Origin: the human T2T-CHM13v2.0 reference genome, Homo sapiens
DNA: 64,000 bases
Assembly: GCF_009914755.1 (NCBI RefSeq)
Contig: NC_060926.1
Reading direction: 5' to 3' (one strand)
Under the pieces are notes generated by a model. It saw nothing but the letters and a program-made list of their open reading frames with translations, did not search any database and was not told the origin of the DNA. Below are positions 12,058 to 26,053 of the stretch, piece by piece. A program made the translations under genes and the position numbers. How positions within the stretch are numbered: the first letter of the stretch is position 1; every line of letters begins with the position of its first letter.

Positions 12058-14629
12058 TATATATGTGTAATATTTTATTGCCTTTTCACCTCTTTGTGTC
12101 TTCCTTTGCTTTTGAATCCACAGGCTCCCTAATGATAGCGATTTTTTTCCCCAAGAGCTAACACATTATGGGGGAGTGGAAGACAGCCAGTGACAGTGAG
12201 GGAAAATCAGTAACATTGAGAGGCAGCAGGGACCTATATAGGTCATTATTAAATCATGGACTACCATTAAAAATTTAGCACTAGTCAATAAGTATATTCA
12301 GTAGGCTCCAACCTGCAAACACGCTGTGTGACATGACACTGTTAAAAATTGTTGCCTGGTATAATCTCTTTACTAGACACACCATAGGAATAAAGAAGAA
12401 AATAGACTGTGAGCAATAGGTACTTAGAAAAGAGTTAAAATTATTTTCTTCAGGTAAAGACTCTTTTACCAGCACCCTTCCTGTGATATTAACCTGTAAG
12501 TGTTCTCTAGAGGCATATTTCACAAGAAGTTTGTCATATCATCTGGTGGTAATTTGTCCTGCCTTCCCCAGCATCACAAAATAGCCATGGGCTTTGCTTT
12601 TCTCTAGTGGTTACTTATGCACTTAGCTCCTTATTGTTCTCTTTTACTTTCTGTTCTATTTTCTACCAGAGTGAAAGCTTCCTATGTGCTCAAATGTTGG
12701 TGATTGAAGGTATGGGAAGACATTACAATTTTCAAACTTGGACATGCTTATACAAGTTTTCCAGTAACAATCACCTGTGTGTTCTTTGTTGTAAGACCTT
12801 TCATATACTTTTATGAACCTCCTCCTATACCACTGCTTTCAGTCACCCAGAAGTACAAAAATGAATTCCTAAAACAGAGTAAGCAATTACGAGATTAGCT
12901 ATTTCAATGTTACTGATGTTTAGCTTCCTATATTGAATTTGTGATTATAAACAACATTCTAAAATCACTAGTAATGATCTTTTTAGCTCAAGTTATAATT
13001 CTGCGATGTCAAGGGTATAATTTCAGTCTGGTAGATTATGTATTTTATATCATCAAAATTTAAACCTGATGCAGTTTTTCCCCACGTTAATGTACATAAG
13101 TCCATTGCTTAAGTATTAACAAAATGTCCTAAATTCCAGGCTCCGCTCCTATGAGTTAAAATATAAGAGTCACATTTTAATATACTTTTATCAATTCTTT
13201 GCTACACATGTTTTTCCTTTTAAAAATCAGCTATATAATTGCTACCTTTCACGTCTGAAGTTGACACTAATGATGGGCGACATACTCCACATTTGCATCC
13301 ATGCCTGGAAAGATCCCAGTGTGACTTATGTTCCTACCCACAGAGCTCGCACATACAGCTTGGCTCTCTTAGTACTCTTCCCAGCAGACTCTGTGCCCAT
13401 AATGTAAAAGTTTCCATATTTCCTTCAGCGTGAGAGAGAGAAAGACAGAGAGAGGAAGAGAGAACAGTGAGAGCACCAGTTGTTTGGTATCTTATAGACC
13501 TGAGAACCTAATGTGGCTTTGACTCACTGTCTGTGTGTCATACTGACTCAGTGCTGTGAGACTGGAAATATTCCAGGCATTTAGTTGTGGGACTCCTGCT
13601 TTGCCCTGGAATTTTGAAAATGATCCCAGGTAAGGCTGATGAAACAGCTGTGCCAGTGTAGCGTGTTACCTGTAGCAAGTCCAAGTCTGGCATGTGTTTT
13701 TAAATAAGATCAGCAAGTTGCATTGTGAAAGGTAATATTTGAAAGTCAATGACATTTGAAAATACTTTAAAAATAGAAAACGTGTTATAAACATGGGTAT
13801 CTGTGAATAACGGGGGTGGAGTTATACAAAATACTCCAGTAAACAATAAAAATTCACAAGTATTTAGGGAATCCCAATTGACCAGAAGAAATAGAAATTA
13901 GTACCAGAGTAACATTTAACCAACATTCCAGACTTAAAGAGTAACTTTCTGACTTTGAGATAAGTTGCTGCTGAAGGAAGGGCCTCAATGAATTCCCTCA
14001 TTGTACAGTTGCCTACAAATGATTATTATGTTTCCCTGTTTCAAAAGTAGGTCAGATCCCAGTATGCTTTGCTCCATTTAAATTCCAGTCATGAGGCTGA
14101 TATGAGAGAAACATAGAAGTGGTATCTCCCTTTTTGAAGGTTCATTTATCTGCACAGTCTTTTTTCCCTACTTGTATTACAAAGCTAAATTAGTTTATGT
14201 GAATTATAAACAATCTATCTTTATTGCAGCCATCTTCAGCCACTTCATCTATGTTGCTAATCACCTACCGTGAACATGCAAAGTACTCTTAACGGTATCA
14301 AAATCTTTACGACATCTTATATTTCTAAAGTATTTCAAAGGACTATGTAGAAACACTAAAATAAAAACCTGCTGTATTTCACACACCTGATAGTTTAAAA
14401 TCAGATATAAGCCCTAGTGAAAACTTCTGCTTGATCTTCAAATTACAAATATCATTTGCATAGGAAGAGAAAATCCATATTTTCTCAATGCTTCACTCAC
14501 AAGAATCCCTTAGACTATTGAATATTAATGCAATCCACGCAGAAACTTGGGCATTACAGATGAAAGGGAATGTTTATACTAGTAACACTGCTTATCCAAA
14601 ACTGGGACTGAGCAGAGAGTAAACATCTA

Positions 14630-15434
14630 CATTTATGCACCACATAATGATGTTTTGGGTCAGCAATGGACTGCATATATGTTGATGGTCCCATAAGATT
14701 TTAATGGAGCTGAAAAGTTCCTATCACCTAGTGACATCTTGGTCTTGACCCTGTATAGGCCTAGGCTAATGTGTTTGTGTCTCCATTTTTAACAAAAAAA
14801 AAAGTTTAAAAAGAAAAAAAAAAGAAAAACAAATGCTTATAAGGATAGAACATATTTTTGTAGAGTTATACATTGTTTTATGCTGTTATTATTAAAAGCA
14901 AAAAGTTAAAAAATTAAAAGTTTATGAAGTAAAAAAGTTACAGTAAGCTAAGACTAATTTATTATTGAAAACAGAAGTTTAAAAAAAAATTTAGTGTAGC
15001 CTAAGTGTACAGTGTTTATAAAGTCTACAGTGGTGTAATGTCCTTTGCCTTCACATTCACTTACCATTCACTCGCTGATTCACCCAGAACAACTTTCAGT
15101 TCTGGAAGCCCTATTAATGGTAAGTGCCCTATACAAGTATACCATTAAAAAAAATCTTTAATTTAACATTTTTATGGTATCCTCTCTATATCTACATATG
15201 TTTAATTCACAAATACTTACCATTGTGTTACTATTGCCTATAGTACTCAATGTAGTAACTTGCTGTACAGGTTTGTAGCCTAGAAGCAATAGATTATGCC
15301 ATATAGCCTAGGTTTGTAGTAGGCTATACCATCAAGGTTTGTGTAAGTATACTCTTTGATGTTTGGACAATGAGGAAATTGTCTAAGGATGCATTTCTCA
15401 GAACATACCCACATTGTTAAGCAACGCATGACTG
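14630..15434. mobile_element. Tigger3-family (Golem) non-autonomous DNA transposon
   Basis: TIRs catttatgcaccacataatg / cattgttaagcaacgcatgactg with TA on both sides. The internal ggtcccataagattttaatggagctgaaaa also matches. Confidence 0.85.
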
Positions 15435-15655
15435 TAATTACTTGTGGTTGAGAATTGGGAAGCTGTTTTTCAAGCACAAGTAAATAAAGGTCACCATTCC
15501 TTTTAGACTTTAAATTACAGTTGGATTTTGAAATCCTTAAGAAGCAGTTTGGTTTTCAATTCATTACTCTTCTAATGGTATTACCATTTTCTCAATATTT
15601 CTCATTTAAGATGGAAGCACAAACGAATTCATAGTATGTATAGGCACTCATATCT

Positions 15656-15945
15656 CTTTTTTTTAAGTTCAGGGGTACAAGTGCAGGTTTCTTACATAAG
15701 TAAATGTATTGTGGGGGGTTGTTGTACAGCTTATTTCATCACCCATGTATTAAGCCTAGTATCCATTAGTGATTTTTCCTGATCTTCTCTTTCCTCTCAA
15801 CATCTACCCTTTGAAAGGCCCCAGTGTGTGTTGTTCCCCTATATGTGTCCATGTGTTCTCATCATTTAGCTCCCACTTCTAAGTGAGAACAGGCAGTATT
15901 TGTTTTTCAGTTTCTGTGTTAGTGTGCTAAGGATAATGGCTTCCA
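15656..15945 (-). mobile_element. L1PA (older primate) 3' end
   Basis: ttttaagttcaggggtacaagtgcaggttt...gtgttctcatcatttagctcccactt. Confidence 0.85.
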
Positions 15946-15997
15946 AGATAAGTTTTGAAAAGCTATTGATCTCATATTCTAAGTTAATGTCCCAAAG

Positions 15998-16212
15998 CAA
16001 GCTTGTCCAACCTGTGGCCCATGGGCTGCATGCAGCCTAGGAAGACTTTGAATGCGGCCCCACACAAATTCATCAACTTTGTTAAAACAATATGAGATAT
16101 TTTTGCGATTTTTTTTTTAGCTCAGCAGCTATCATTAGTATATTTTATCTGTGGCACAAGACAATTATTTTTCCAATGTGGCCCAGAAAAGGCAAAAGAT
16201 TGGACACTCCTG
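15998..16212. mobile_element. MER30 (hAT-Charlie)
   Basis: caagcttgtccaacctgtggccc ... aaagattggacactcctg. Confidence 0.85.
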
Positions 16213-16574
16213 CAGCCTAAAGGAAAAAAAATTAGTCCCCAGATATTACAGTCCTCAGGAATTTCCATCTACATGGAACATTTATATTTATAAGATAAAA
16301 GTTAAACTCTGCTGGGAACATAGGAGAATACTCTAGACTTTACTTATATCTTAATGGTTTAATTTAAAATAGTTATTTTAAAGGTGTTTTAAAATTATTT
16401 TAATACATTCAGTATGTAATTTTGGATTCATTTACTTATCTTTCAATATTATGTTCTTTCACAAAAAGTATATTTTTCACATAATAGTCAATATTTTCTA
16501 GAATGGTTAATGATTTATTGAAATTTAAATAGAGGTGATCTCAGGAGCAGATTATGTGTATGAGTAAGACAGTA

Positions 16575-16619
16575 TGCGTGTGTGTGTGTGTGTGTGCGCG
16601 TGTGTGTGTGTGTGTGTGT
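16575..16619. repeat. (TG)n microsatellite with CG interruptions
   Basis: Direct reading of the sequence. Confidence 0.95.
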
Positions 16620-17214
16620 TTTAATCCACTTAGGTTCTCCGGAATCGCTCTCACTAAAGAAGTAGTGCTCATGGTGTCTCCTGAACACTTGTTACATCAT
16701 TCCTCCAAGATAGAGTGGTACTTGTGAATCACTTAGAAAAAATGAGGTATACACACAAAAGAACTCCAGAAAAGTGACTTTACACTCACCAAGACCCATC
16801 AAATTTTTCACTGGGTCTTTATTTTCTTCAGGAAGAAAAGAAATGCTGGAGAGACCTGGACTACACTTTTATATTTTAGCCCATAGATGCAATATCTTAA
16901 AGTTTCTTTTCTTTCCTGTTTTTCTCGTGGCACTAAACTCTTAGATTTTAAAATAACAAGTGAATGCACTCTGCAGGAACTCTAAGGATGTAGGCATAAA
17001 GGAGAGGTAACAATCTCCTTCCTTCTCTAACCCTATATCTGCCTTTCTTCCACACCTTTCGCATTCACCCCAAATATCCAGTGTATTCAAGTCAATGTGA
17101 AAAACACTCTTCCTAATATCATTTTTTGCACAAACACTATATATACATACTTAATATACAATATATACATGATTGTATGTGTATATATATTTGTATTGTA
17201 AATATTCATTTTCT

Positions 17215-17720
17215 CTACAGTATGATGTTTTGACCTCTTAAAATAAACGTATCTGACTGAAGACAGACTGCCCCACAAGGGCTATCTAATTCTTAAAGAC
17301 CACAAGGGCCCAGCCAGGAGCATGACTTTGATAAACAAACTGACCAATTAGGGCCATATTGCCTCTATGTGGTCCAACCACCCAAGGATAGAATATTACT
17401 CTACTTGAATTATTCAGAGCCAGGTACTAAGCAACTCGAGATCACCCCTCTAGTCAAAGCCCACCAAAATTATGCAAATTTGTCAATCCTGAACTGTTCA
17501 CCCTGCCCGCTTTGCCTTTACCATGGAAACCTCAGTAAAGGCAGTGGCCTGAACCTTCCTGTTGTTCCTGTCTTCTTGTACCCAACTACCCTGGTGTCTT
17601 TTCCATGCACCTCTGTGTGGTGTGCAGTGCCTCCTGTCTACAGGACTTATGAATATAAGAAACTGTTTTTTTTCCCTGAACCTCCTTTCCCGGCCATAAT
17701 TGACTGACCATGTCATAGAA
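17215..17720 (+). mobile_element. ERVL solo LTR (MER74/MER73-like)
   Basis: gactgcccc..agggctatctaattcttaaaga..aagggcccagccaggagcatgactttgata. Confidence 0.6.
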
Positions 17721-17924
17721 TAATACAAAACATAGGTTTATACATAAATATATACAGACACATGTACATACATATAATTATTTTTTAAAAATTAAATAAT
17801 ATTTAAAACTCTACACTCCAGTTTTTTCCTGAATATGTATCATGCATAGTCAACCATATCAATTCATCATTTTAGCAGCTGTGTATTATTCCACAGTGTC
17901 CATGGAATCTGAATATCATTCTGG

Positions 17925-18690
17925 ATACCTTCCGCTTTGACTACCCAGATCTGCTTGCCACTGACCTCTGTGCTGCTCTCTAGGAGGCAAACTCCCATGG
18001 TTTCCCTTGCCCTCTGGTTGGGTTGACAAATAGGAGATTAACAGGAGGAGAAAAAGGTGAGGGCAGCATATTTATTCCCTGGCTACTTTCTTGCAAGTCA
18101 TACTCATCTTGACTGTTTTTCAGCAGAATGCCACTTTATCCTCTCAAGGAAGTCTTTCCCCTCCTCTCCTCTCCCCTCCCCTCCCCTCTCCTCTCCTCTC
18201 TTCTTTTCTTTTCTTTCTTTTTTTTACCAGAGCTCAGTCACCCAGGTGGAGTCCAGTGGTTCACTGAAACCTCCACCTCCCGGGTTCAAGCAATTATCCT
18301 GCCTCAGTCTCCCGAGTAGCACACCACAACCCCTGGTTAATTGTTGTAGTTTTGCTAGAAATGGGTTTTTGCCCTGTTGGCCAGACTGGTCTTGAATTCC
18401 TGACCTCAGGTGATCCACCCACTTCGGCCTCTCAAAGTCCTGGGATTACAGGTGTGAGCCACCGCACCCGGGCCCTCTCCTCTACTTTCTTCTGAACTTT
18501 GCACAGGTTCCTCTCTTTGGAATTAGGTAGGGTAGCAACTCCAATGCTACTAAACTTTGGTCATTGAAGTAGCACTTGTGGTTTCCCTACATACTAATTA
18601 TATTTTTAAAATACTTCCTTTATGGATAAACCCTCTTCAAATGATCATGACTTCTCTGTTCTCTTTGACGCTGGCTGATAAAATTATTCA
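17925..18690 (-). mobile_element. LTR16-like ERVL LTR interrupted by an Alu
   Basis: cccttgccctctggttgggttgacaaataggaga...tatttattccc lies before the Alu. agcacttgtggtttccctacatac...aaaccctcttcaaat lies after it. Confidence 0.5.
18200..18474 (-). mobile_element. AluS with internal deletions; tail expanded into CT-rich simple repeat (18156-18225)
   Basis: cctcccgggttcaagcaatt, tcctgacctcaggtgatccaccc, ggattacaggtgtgagccaccgc. Confidence 0.9.
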
Positions 18691-20669
18691 GTGTTCCCCT
18701 GCTACTGAATATTCACTTTACTTTCAGTATTTTTGTTGAAATAAATGTCTTCTACCTATATTCTTATGTACTGGTGCTTTTATTGCTGTAAGTATTGGCC
18801 AAAAGTAGCAATGTTCATTCAAAAGTTAACTTTTAATATTTATAGGTATTTCCAGATAAGTTTCTATAAGGTTTGAAACAATTCACACTTTCACTAGAAG
18901 TTTAATTATTTAATTATTTGATTGACTTTTAACAAGGAATTTTAAATTCTTACCATATGCCAGAGACTCTATAAAGGGTTTTAAGAATATTAACATAATC
19001 CAGTATATAAAGTTTCCCATTTCCATATATCTTTACCATATGTTTGTAAAGTGGTGTCTCATTTAAATTTGTATTTACTTGGCTATTAACTGAGGCTAAG
19101 TATGTATTTACTTATTATCTATCTATCTATCCATCCATCTTCTACCCTCTATCTTCTCTAAATACATTTCCTCTTCAATGAATTGTCTATTCATATTTTT
19201 GCCATTCTATTGAGTGTGTATGTTAGTGAGACAAGTTAGATTGAGAGGGATTTGGACGGGTGGTTGTTATCCAATAAATTTAATAGCTTTTAAAATAGAT
19301 AACAATTTTCCAATTAAATAATTCTGTAAAGACAATAATTAATCATATGAATCATGTTATTAATCATATGTCACATATGCTTCTATGATCCACAGCCAGT
19401 ACTTATGTAGTGGAGTGCAGTCAAAAGGAATGCTTTGTATTTCACTGACAAACTCTGAGATATGTAGATTGGTGAACTGCCAAAAATAATGCATTTTACT
19501 AAGGTGTCATTTGTAAAGTAACATATTATGGTTTATAGGTTTCTAAAATGTATAAATGTGACTCAATCATACTTGAAAAGGCCTTGGAAAAATTGAGTTT
19601 ACAGATCAAGAAACTGGGTTTCCTAGTAACACAGTTGGCTAGTAGCATTCAAGTGAGAAGAATCTAAGATTAACAGAGTAGATCTGAACTGCTTTGGCCT
19701 TTGTTTCTTATCCCTAAAACTCGGAAAATACTACAGCAGGGTTGGGTAGACTAAGTGAGACAATGGGTGTTTTAGTGTGAAAAACCCAAACCCCTATATA
19801 AGGCAATGCTTTAGGGAAAAACTGGACCTAGAACCCAGTTGCTCTGGCTTGTCTGTCTCATACTCTTTGTGCTGACTGCCCTCCAAGAAATTCTGGCCAT
19901 AGGCATTTTAGGCAAAGGCATGCCAAATAATTCTTCAGTTAGTCTTTAGTATCCAGGAACCTAGAAATCCTCAGTTATAGATATGTAACTTTTTTTTTTA
20001 ACTCAGGGTTCAGCAACAGAGGTAATAGTCAAAACAAACATCAAATATTTTTAGCTAAAAGGTGCGAGATGACAGATAACTCCTTTCAATAGGAAAACTC
20101 AAGTCAGTGTATTTGCTCATGCATCAAGCACATTGCTTTTTTTCCCACCATCACCCTGCTATCCCACCTAAAGCACTTAGATGAAAAAAATGCAAAAGCT
20201 CCAACCTTGCTAAGAATAAGTTGTGCTAAGCAGGTGTGGATGATTACAAGTGTGGATAATGCAAGGCCACATAATAAGCTGTATCTAATGATAGATTCAA
20301 AAAGCTGATCCCAATAACAAATGTGTTATTAATGAGAATTCAGGGAAATGCTATTATTTTCAAATCATTAAACTATAAAGTAGTTAGCTTTTTATTATAT
20401 ATGTAGTCTATAGATCTGTTTGGTTTTTTATTTAAAAATCTATGGTATGCATTTTTTCTACTGTAATTTCTGAGGACTGAAGTTTGCAAATTAATAATCT
20501 GTACAGTTCAATTATGCAGAAGAATTACCATCTTAGCTATGTCAAATAAAAATGCATTTTAAGTTAAAACATTAGCAGTAAGTATATCCTATCCAAGGCA
20601 TGAAGGATATTTATTTCATTTACTATGTTTACCTAAAAAAATCTGTATTAGTTCCAGTATTGAATAAGA

Positions 20670-21350
20670 TGAAGTAAGCATATGCCCACTGAATGCACCT
20701 AAAACTTCTGGATAGAATGCATGAAGAAGCTCTCTGAGGACTCTGGAAAATAAATGGGAGAAGGTGGAATTGGGGAAAGGTGCCAGAATTTGGATGTGGC
20801 AACAAAATGGAGACTTCTCATTTTATTTTATATTTTCCACTAGTTCCAAGGCTGGACTCAAAGGAAGCTTAAGACCCATGCTCACTACATGCATTCAGAA
20901 AAGATGCCATAGGAAAGTCTCTGTTTCTTATTTGAGGAGTGGGAAAGAAATCCCTAACAGGTAAGAGAGAGTTAAGGAAATATCTGTACTTTCATTTCAT
21001 CCATTCTCTCCTCTTCCAGTCCCAGGCAGTAGAGGAGGCAATGGCATCAACATTCAAACAGGTAACTACAACTGTAAGGGAAGTGAGCCCTTCTCTCTGT
21101 CCAGAGGAACTTTGGTCCCAGGGTGTGAAAAGAATCATAAAATCTCAATTCATATTATCTCTCTCTCTCTTTCTCTCCCTCTCTCTCTCTCCCTCCCTCC
21201 CTCCCTCCCTCCCCATCCTCTTATTTGTTGGCCTCTAAGGCAGCCACAGTCATTCTAAGTATGCAACAGAGTGGGGAAAATAAAACACTGGCTTTCTTGC
21301 CAGAGGGCTGGAAAGCATCAATCTTGTGAAGTGAAAAGTTTCACAGAAGT
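20670..21350 (+). mobile_element. Ancient L1M 5'-region fragment
   Basis: Sequence of L1M 5'UTR character directly upstream of an L1M ORF2. The match is weak. Confidence 0.35.
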
Positions 21351-21354
21351 GGTA

Positions 21355-23548
21355 AAGAAGATAAATAATACACCACATAAAGTGGGCTTATCCTAGGAAT
21401 GCAAGGCTGGTTTAATATTCAAATATTAATTAAAGAACAAAGTAGAAAGCAGATGATGTTAATTGATGCAAACATTTTTAATCAAATTCAACCTCTATTA
21501 AGGAGCAAAACTCTCAGTCAACTAAGAATACCAGTGAACATCTTTTAATTGATAACAATAATCTACACAAAAACCCCAACAGGTATCATCAGGCTTAATA
21601 AGAAAAGATGTTTTTTTTCTCATAAGATTGGGAACATGGCCAGGATTAAGTCCTTGCCACTTTTCTAACCACTCCTATCCCACATTGTAGTATATATTCC
21701 AGAAACTGTAATAAGGGCAGTAAAAAATACATAAAAGAAAATCATTGGAAAGAAAGAATAACATTGTTTCTATTTGCAGATAACAATTGCCTATGGATAA
21801 TATCTAAAGGAATTTACAGAAAAAAAAGGTCTCCTATAAGTGAGCTTAGCAAGTCGTAGAATATGAGGTCACCATAAAAAAACTCAGTCATATTTCCATT
21901 TACTAGTAATGAACAATTAGAAACTATTTTTTTTAATGTCCATTACAATGGCTCCAAAAGGTTTACAAATACGCATCTTTTAAAACAGAATCTGTATACT
22001 GAAAATGACAAAATGCTAATGAAATAAAGATGATATATATAATACACACAGATTGGACGACTCAATCTATTTAAGATGTCAATTCTCCCCAAATTGATCT
22101 ATGTTATCATACAAATCTCAAAAGGATTTTTGTATTCAGAGAAAAGAATATTCTAAAATTTATAGAAAATGTAAAAATAGCTAGAATAGTAAAAAGTTTT
22201 AAAAAAAGGAATTTGGAGAACTCACACTAATTTAAGACTTTTCATAAAGCTTTAGTATTTAGGATGTAATATGGACAAACAAAAAAAAATTAATAGTGTT
22301 TCCAGAAAAGAATCCTTCCTCCAAAAAAGCATGATAAATTAATTTTGACAAAGGCCCACAGGCAATTCAATAGAGCAAAAACAATCTTACCATTTGTTTC
22401 AATAAACAAATGGTATTGAAACAATTAGACATCCATTTATAAAGAAAAAAATGAACCTCAACCTCACACCTTACAGAAAAATTAACTCAAAATAGACCAA
22501 ATAACTAAATACAAATTGTAAAAACTATAAAACTTCCTGATAAAAAGAAAATTTTCATAACCACGTGTTAGGGAGGAAGTTATTAGATATGACACCAAAA
22601 GCATGATTGGTTAAAGAAAAATATTGATAAATTAGGATTTCATCAATATTAGAAAAACTTTTTTCATGTGAAGGAAATTATTAATTAACTGAGAAGTCAC
22701 ATAGGAGAAAGTACTATAATTCATAAGAAGCCTCAAAATTCAGCAATAATAAAACTAACTCAATTAAAAAACAGGCAAAATATCTGGACAGACACTTTAC
22801 CAGAGAAGATATGCAGATAGATAATAAGCATATGAAAAAACGTAACATTGTTAGCCATTTGAGAAATGCAAATCAAAGCCACAATGAGATATCACTACAA
22901 GGCTATAAGAATGACTAAAACCGTTAATGACAACAACAACAACAAAAAGAAAACCTAACAATTCCAAAAGTTGGCAAGGATGTAGAGCAACTAGAACTCT
23001 CATGCATTGCCAGTGGGAATGCAAAATTGTACTGTCATTCCGTAAAATAGTTTGGCAGGTTCTTGTGAAGAGAAACATATCTTTACCGTACAATCCAGCA
23101 ATCCCCATTCTAGATATTCCTCATATAGAAATGTAAACATATGTTCACACAAATGCATGCACACGAATCTTTATAGTGTCTTTATTTATGACTGCCAAAA
23201 CCTGTAAGCAATCCAAATGTCATTCCTTGGAGAATGGATAAACAAATCACAGTACATCCATGTAATTAAATAGTCTCAGTAACCTAAAGGAAAAAATACT
23301 ACTGATACTATTGACACAATAACAGGGATGTATGTCAAAAATATTATGCTGAATGAAGACCGTCTCAGAATGTTCCATCAATTTGAAATACTTTTAAAGA
23401 GTAAAACTATAGGGATACGGAATAAATCAATGGTTGCCTGGAATTAAGCATACAGAGGGGGCTTGATTACAAATAAGAAGTCCAAGAGTGTTTTTTGGGG
23501 AGATGGAACTGATATATATTCTGACTGTAGTAGTGAATACCTGAATAA
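21355..23548 (+). mobile_element. L1MC/MD-like ORF2 3' half and 3'UTR
   Basis: ggaatgcaaggctggtttaatatt (GMQGWFNI), ctatttgcagataac (LFADD), gaaatgcaaatcaaagccacaatgagatatcac, and the 3'UTR tcaatggttgcc. Confidence 0.85.
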
Positions 23549-24570
23549 ATATACATATTATATATTATATATTGTATATATAATATACATATTATATATT
23601 ATATATTGTATATATAATATACATATTATATATTATATATTGTATATATAATATACATATTATATATTATATATTGTATATATAATATACATATTATATA
23701 TTATATATTGTATATATAATATACATATTATATATTATATATTGTATATATAATATACATATTATATATTATATATTGTATATATAATATACATATTATA
23801 TATTATATATTGTATATATAATATACATATTATATATTATATATTGTATATATAATATACATATTATATATTATATATTGTATATATAATATACATATTA
23901 TATATTATATATTGTATATATAATATACATATTATATATTATATATTGTATATATAATATACATATTATATATTATATATTGTATATATAATATACATAT
24001 TATATATTATATATTGTATATATAATATACATATTATATATTATATATTGTATATATAATATACATATTATATATTATATATTGTATATATAATATACAT
24101 ATTATATATTATATATTGTATATATAATATACATATTATATATTGTATATATAATATACATATTATATATTATATATTGTATATATAATATACATATTAT
24201 ATATTATATATTGTATATATAATATACATATTATATATTATATATTGTATATATAATATACATATTATATATTATATATTGTATATATAATATACATATT
24301 ATATATTATATATTGTATATATAATATACATATTATATATTATATATTGTATATATAATATACATATTATATATTATATATTGTATATATAATATACATA
24401 TTATATATTATATATTGTATATATAATATACATATTATATATTATATATTGTATATATAATATACATATTATATATTATATATTGTATATATAATATACA
24501 TATTATATATTATATATTGTATATATAATATACATATTATATATTATATATTGTATATATAATATATATT
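23549..24570. repeat. AT-rich minisatellite, 30 units of 34 bp (ATATACATATTATATATTATATATTGTATATATA)
   Basis: The single G per unit recurs every 34 bp from 23574 to 24118. One 27-bp unit follows (G at 24145), then 34-bp spacing resumes to 24553. Confidence 0.97.
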
Positions 24571-25235
24571 ACAATTTTAGAAGAAAATAAGGTCAATTGT
24601 ACTTAGATAAGTTTTAAAACAGTAATAACTCCTTTTACCATAATCTTTAGTTGCCTTTCTTGTTATGCTGTCACCAACAGCAAACCACATAATTGTAAAC
24701 AATGCCAATCATAAGGCCAAAAGAAAAGAATTAAAGTTGCTCCATTTGTTCTAAACTGTTGTAGATACTCCATGGTGTATTTTTACATGGTATATATTTA
24801 TAAGAATCCTCTCTATCTTCCTATAGTTCAATGGTTTTACCATGCTTATTAAGGATTATGAAAACAACTCCTCTAATTCTCTGTTAATGTATCAATACAT
24901 AGGGATATCAGTGTTAAAGCTATTCATCATTGGCAAGTATATTGGAAGTGTCTACAAAATTATTTTTTCTTATTTTAATATTTTTTCGGAAGATGAATAG
25001 TAGAAATGCATGCTCAATGGCATTTTGTTATAGAAAACTGTATGCAGAAATACTTTCTCTTCACCATTATATGTGTTTATAAGGATTGACACAACATTTA
25101 TGGTAAGAAAGATTTAAACGTTCTCTAACTTAATTTGATTCTCTGATTTTTCAAAAAAGCAGGACTTGAATTTCAGTTTAGTAATCTTCAGCACTCTTTG
25201 GGATTTGATGAAGTCAACCATTACTTAAATTCAAA

Positions 25236-26053
25236 TGATATGGACAGGAGACGGAAATACTGGGTAAAAGAGGGCGGTTACCTGGCAAAGGCCCCACCCT
25301 TAAGCCTGAAGACCTGCAGCGCTAAATGAGGACAGGCATTTCTGTTTTCCAGCCTCAAAATTTTTTTGGCCTGCCATGCCCCCCAATTGTGCCCCCATAT
25401 AAACCAGAGACCTTAGCAGGCACACACACAGGCAGCTGAATGTCTGTCGAGACCAGCAGACCAGCAGAACAGCAGACCAGTGATGGTAGAAGGAGGTGGC
25501 AGAGAAAGGGAGAAGAGGAGGGACATCTGAACTCCGAGGGGAGTTTGGCCAGGGGTGGTCAGAGAACAGCCACTGGGCAGCCCAACTCCAGGGGAAGACT
25601 ACTTTCCCACTCCATCCCCACTTCTGGCTCCCCATCCACCTTGCTAGAGCCACCTCCACCACTCAATAAAACCTTGCACTCACCCTTTGAACCTGGGAGT
25701 GATGTGATTCTTGCAAGATGCTCGGCAAGAGCTCAGGATACAGAAGACCGTCACACTGGCCCTCTGCCCTTGAGATAAGGAAGAGGGTCCATTGAGCTGA
25801 TTAACACACAAGCCTTCTGCAGACGGCAAATCTGAAAGAGCTTTGTAACACATGCTCACCTGGGCTTTGGGAGTCGCAGACACCCACCCCTAGATGCCGT
25901 CGTGGGGCGGGATCGCGAAAGCGCTCACCCGGGCCTCTGCACCTGCCTGTCTGCATGCTCCCCCTAGGGGTTTGAGCTGTGGGGCAACCAAGCAGGCGAG
26001 CAACACCCGTGTCTCACATCCTGGGAGGGGAATCAGGAAACTCTCCTGTTTCA
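25236..26053 (+). mobile_element. LTR1-family (ERV1) solo LTR
   Basis: Runs tgatatggacaggag..aaatactgggt..ggcaaaggccccaccct ... actctcctgtttca, with TATAAA at ~25399 and AATAAA at ~25665. Confidence 0.85.

Noticed and set aside
23549-24570. Regular ~34-bp periodicity suggestive of a CRISPR array
   Set aside because: The units are contiguous with no unique spacers, there are no cas genes, and the DNA is eukaryotic.
25236-26053. GC-rich patch as a CpG-island gene promoter
   Set aside because: It is fully explained by the LTR1 solo LTR.
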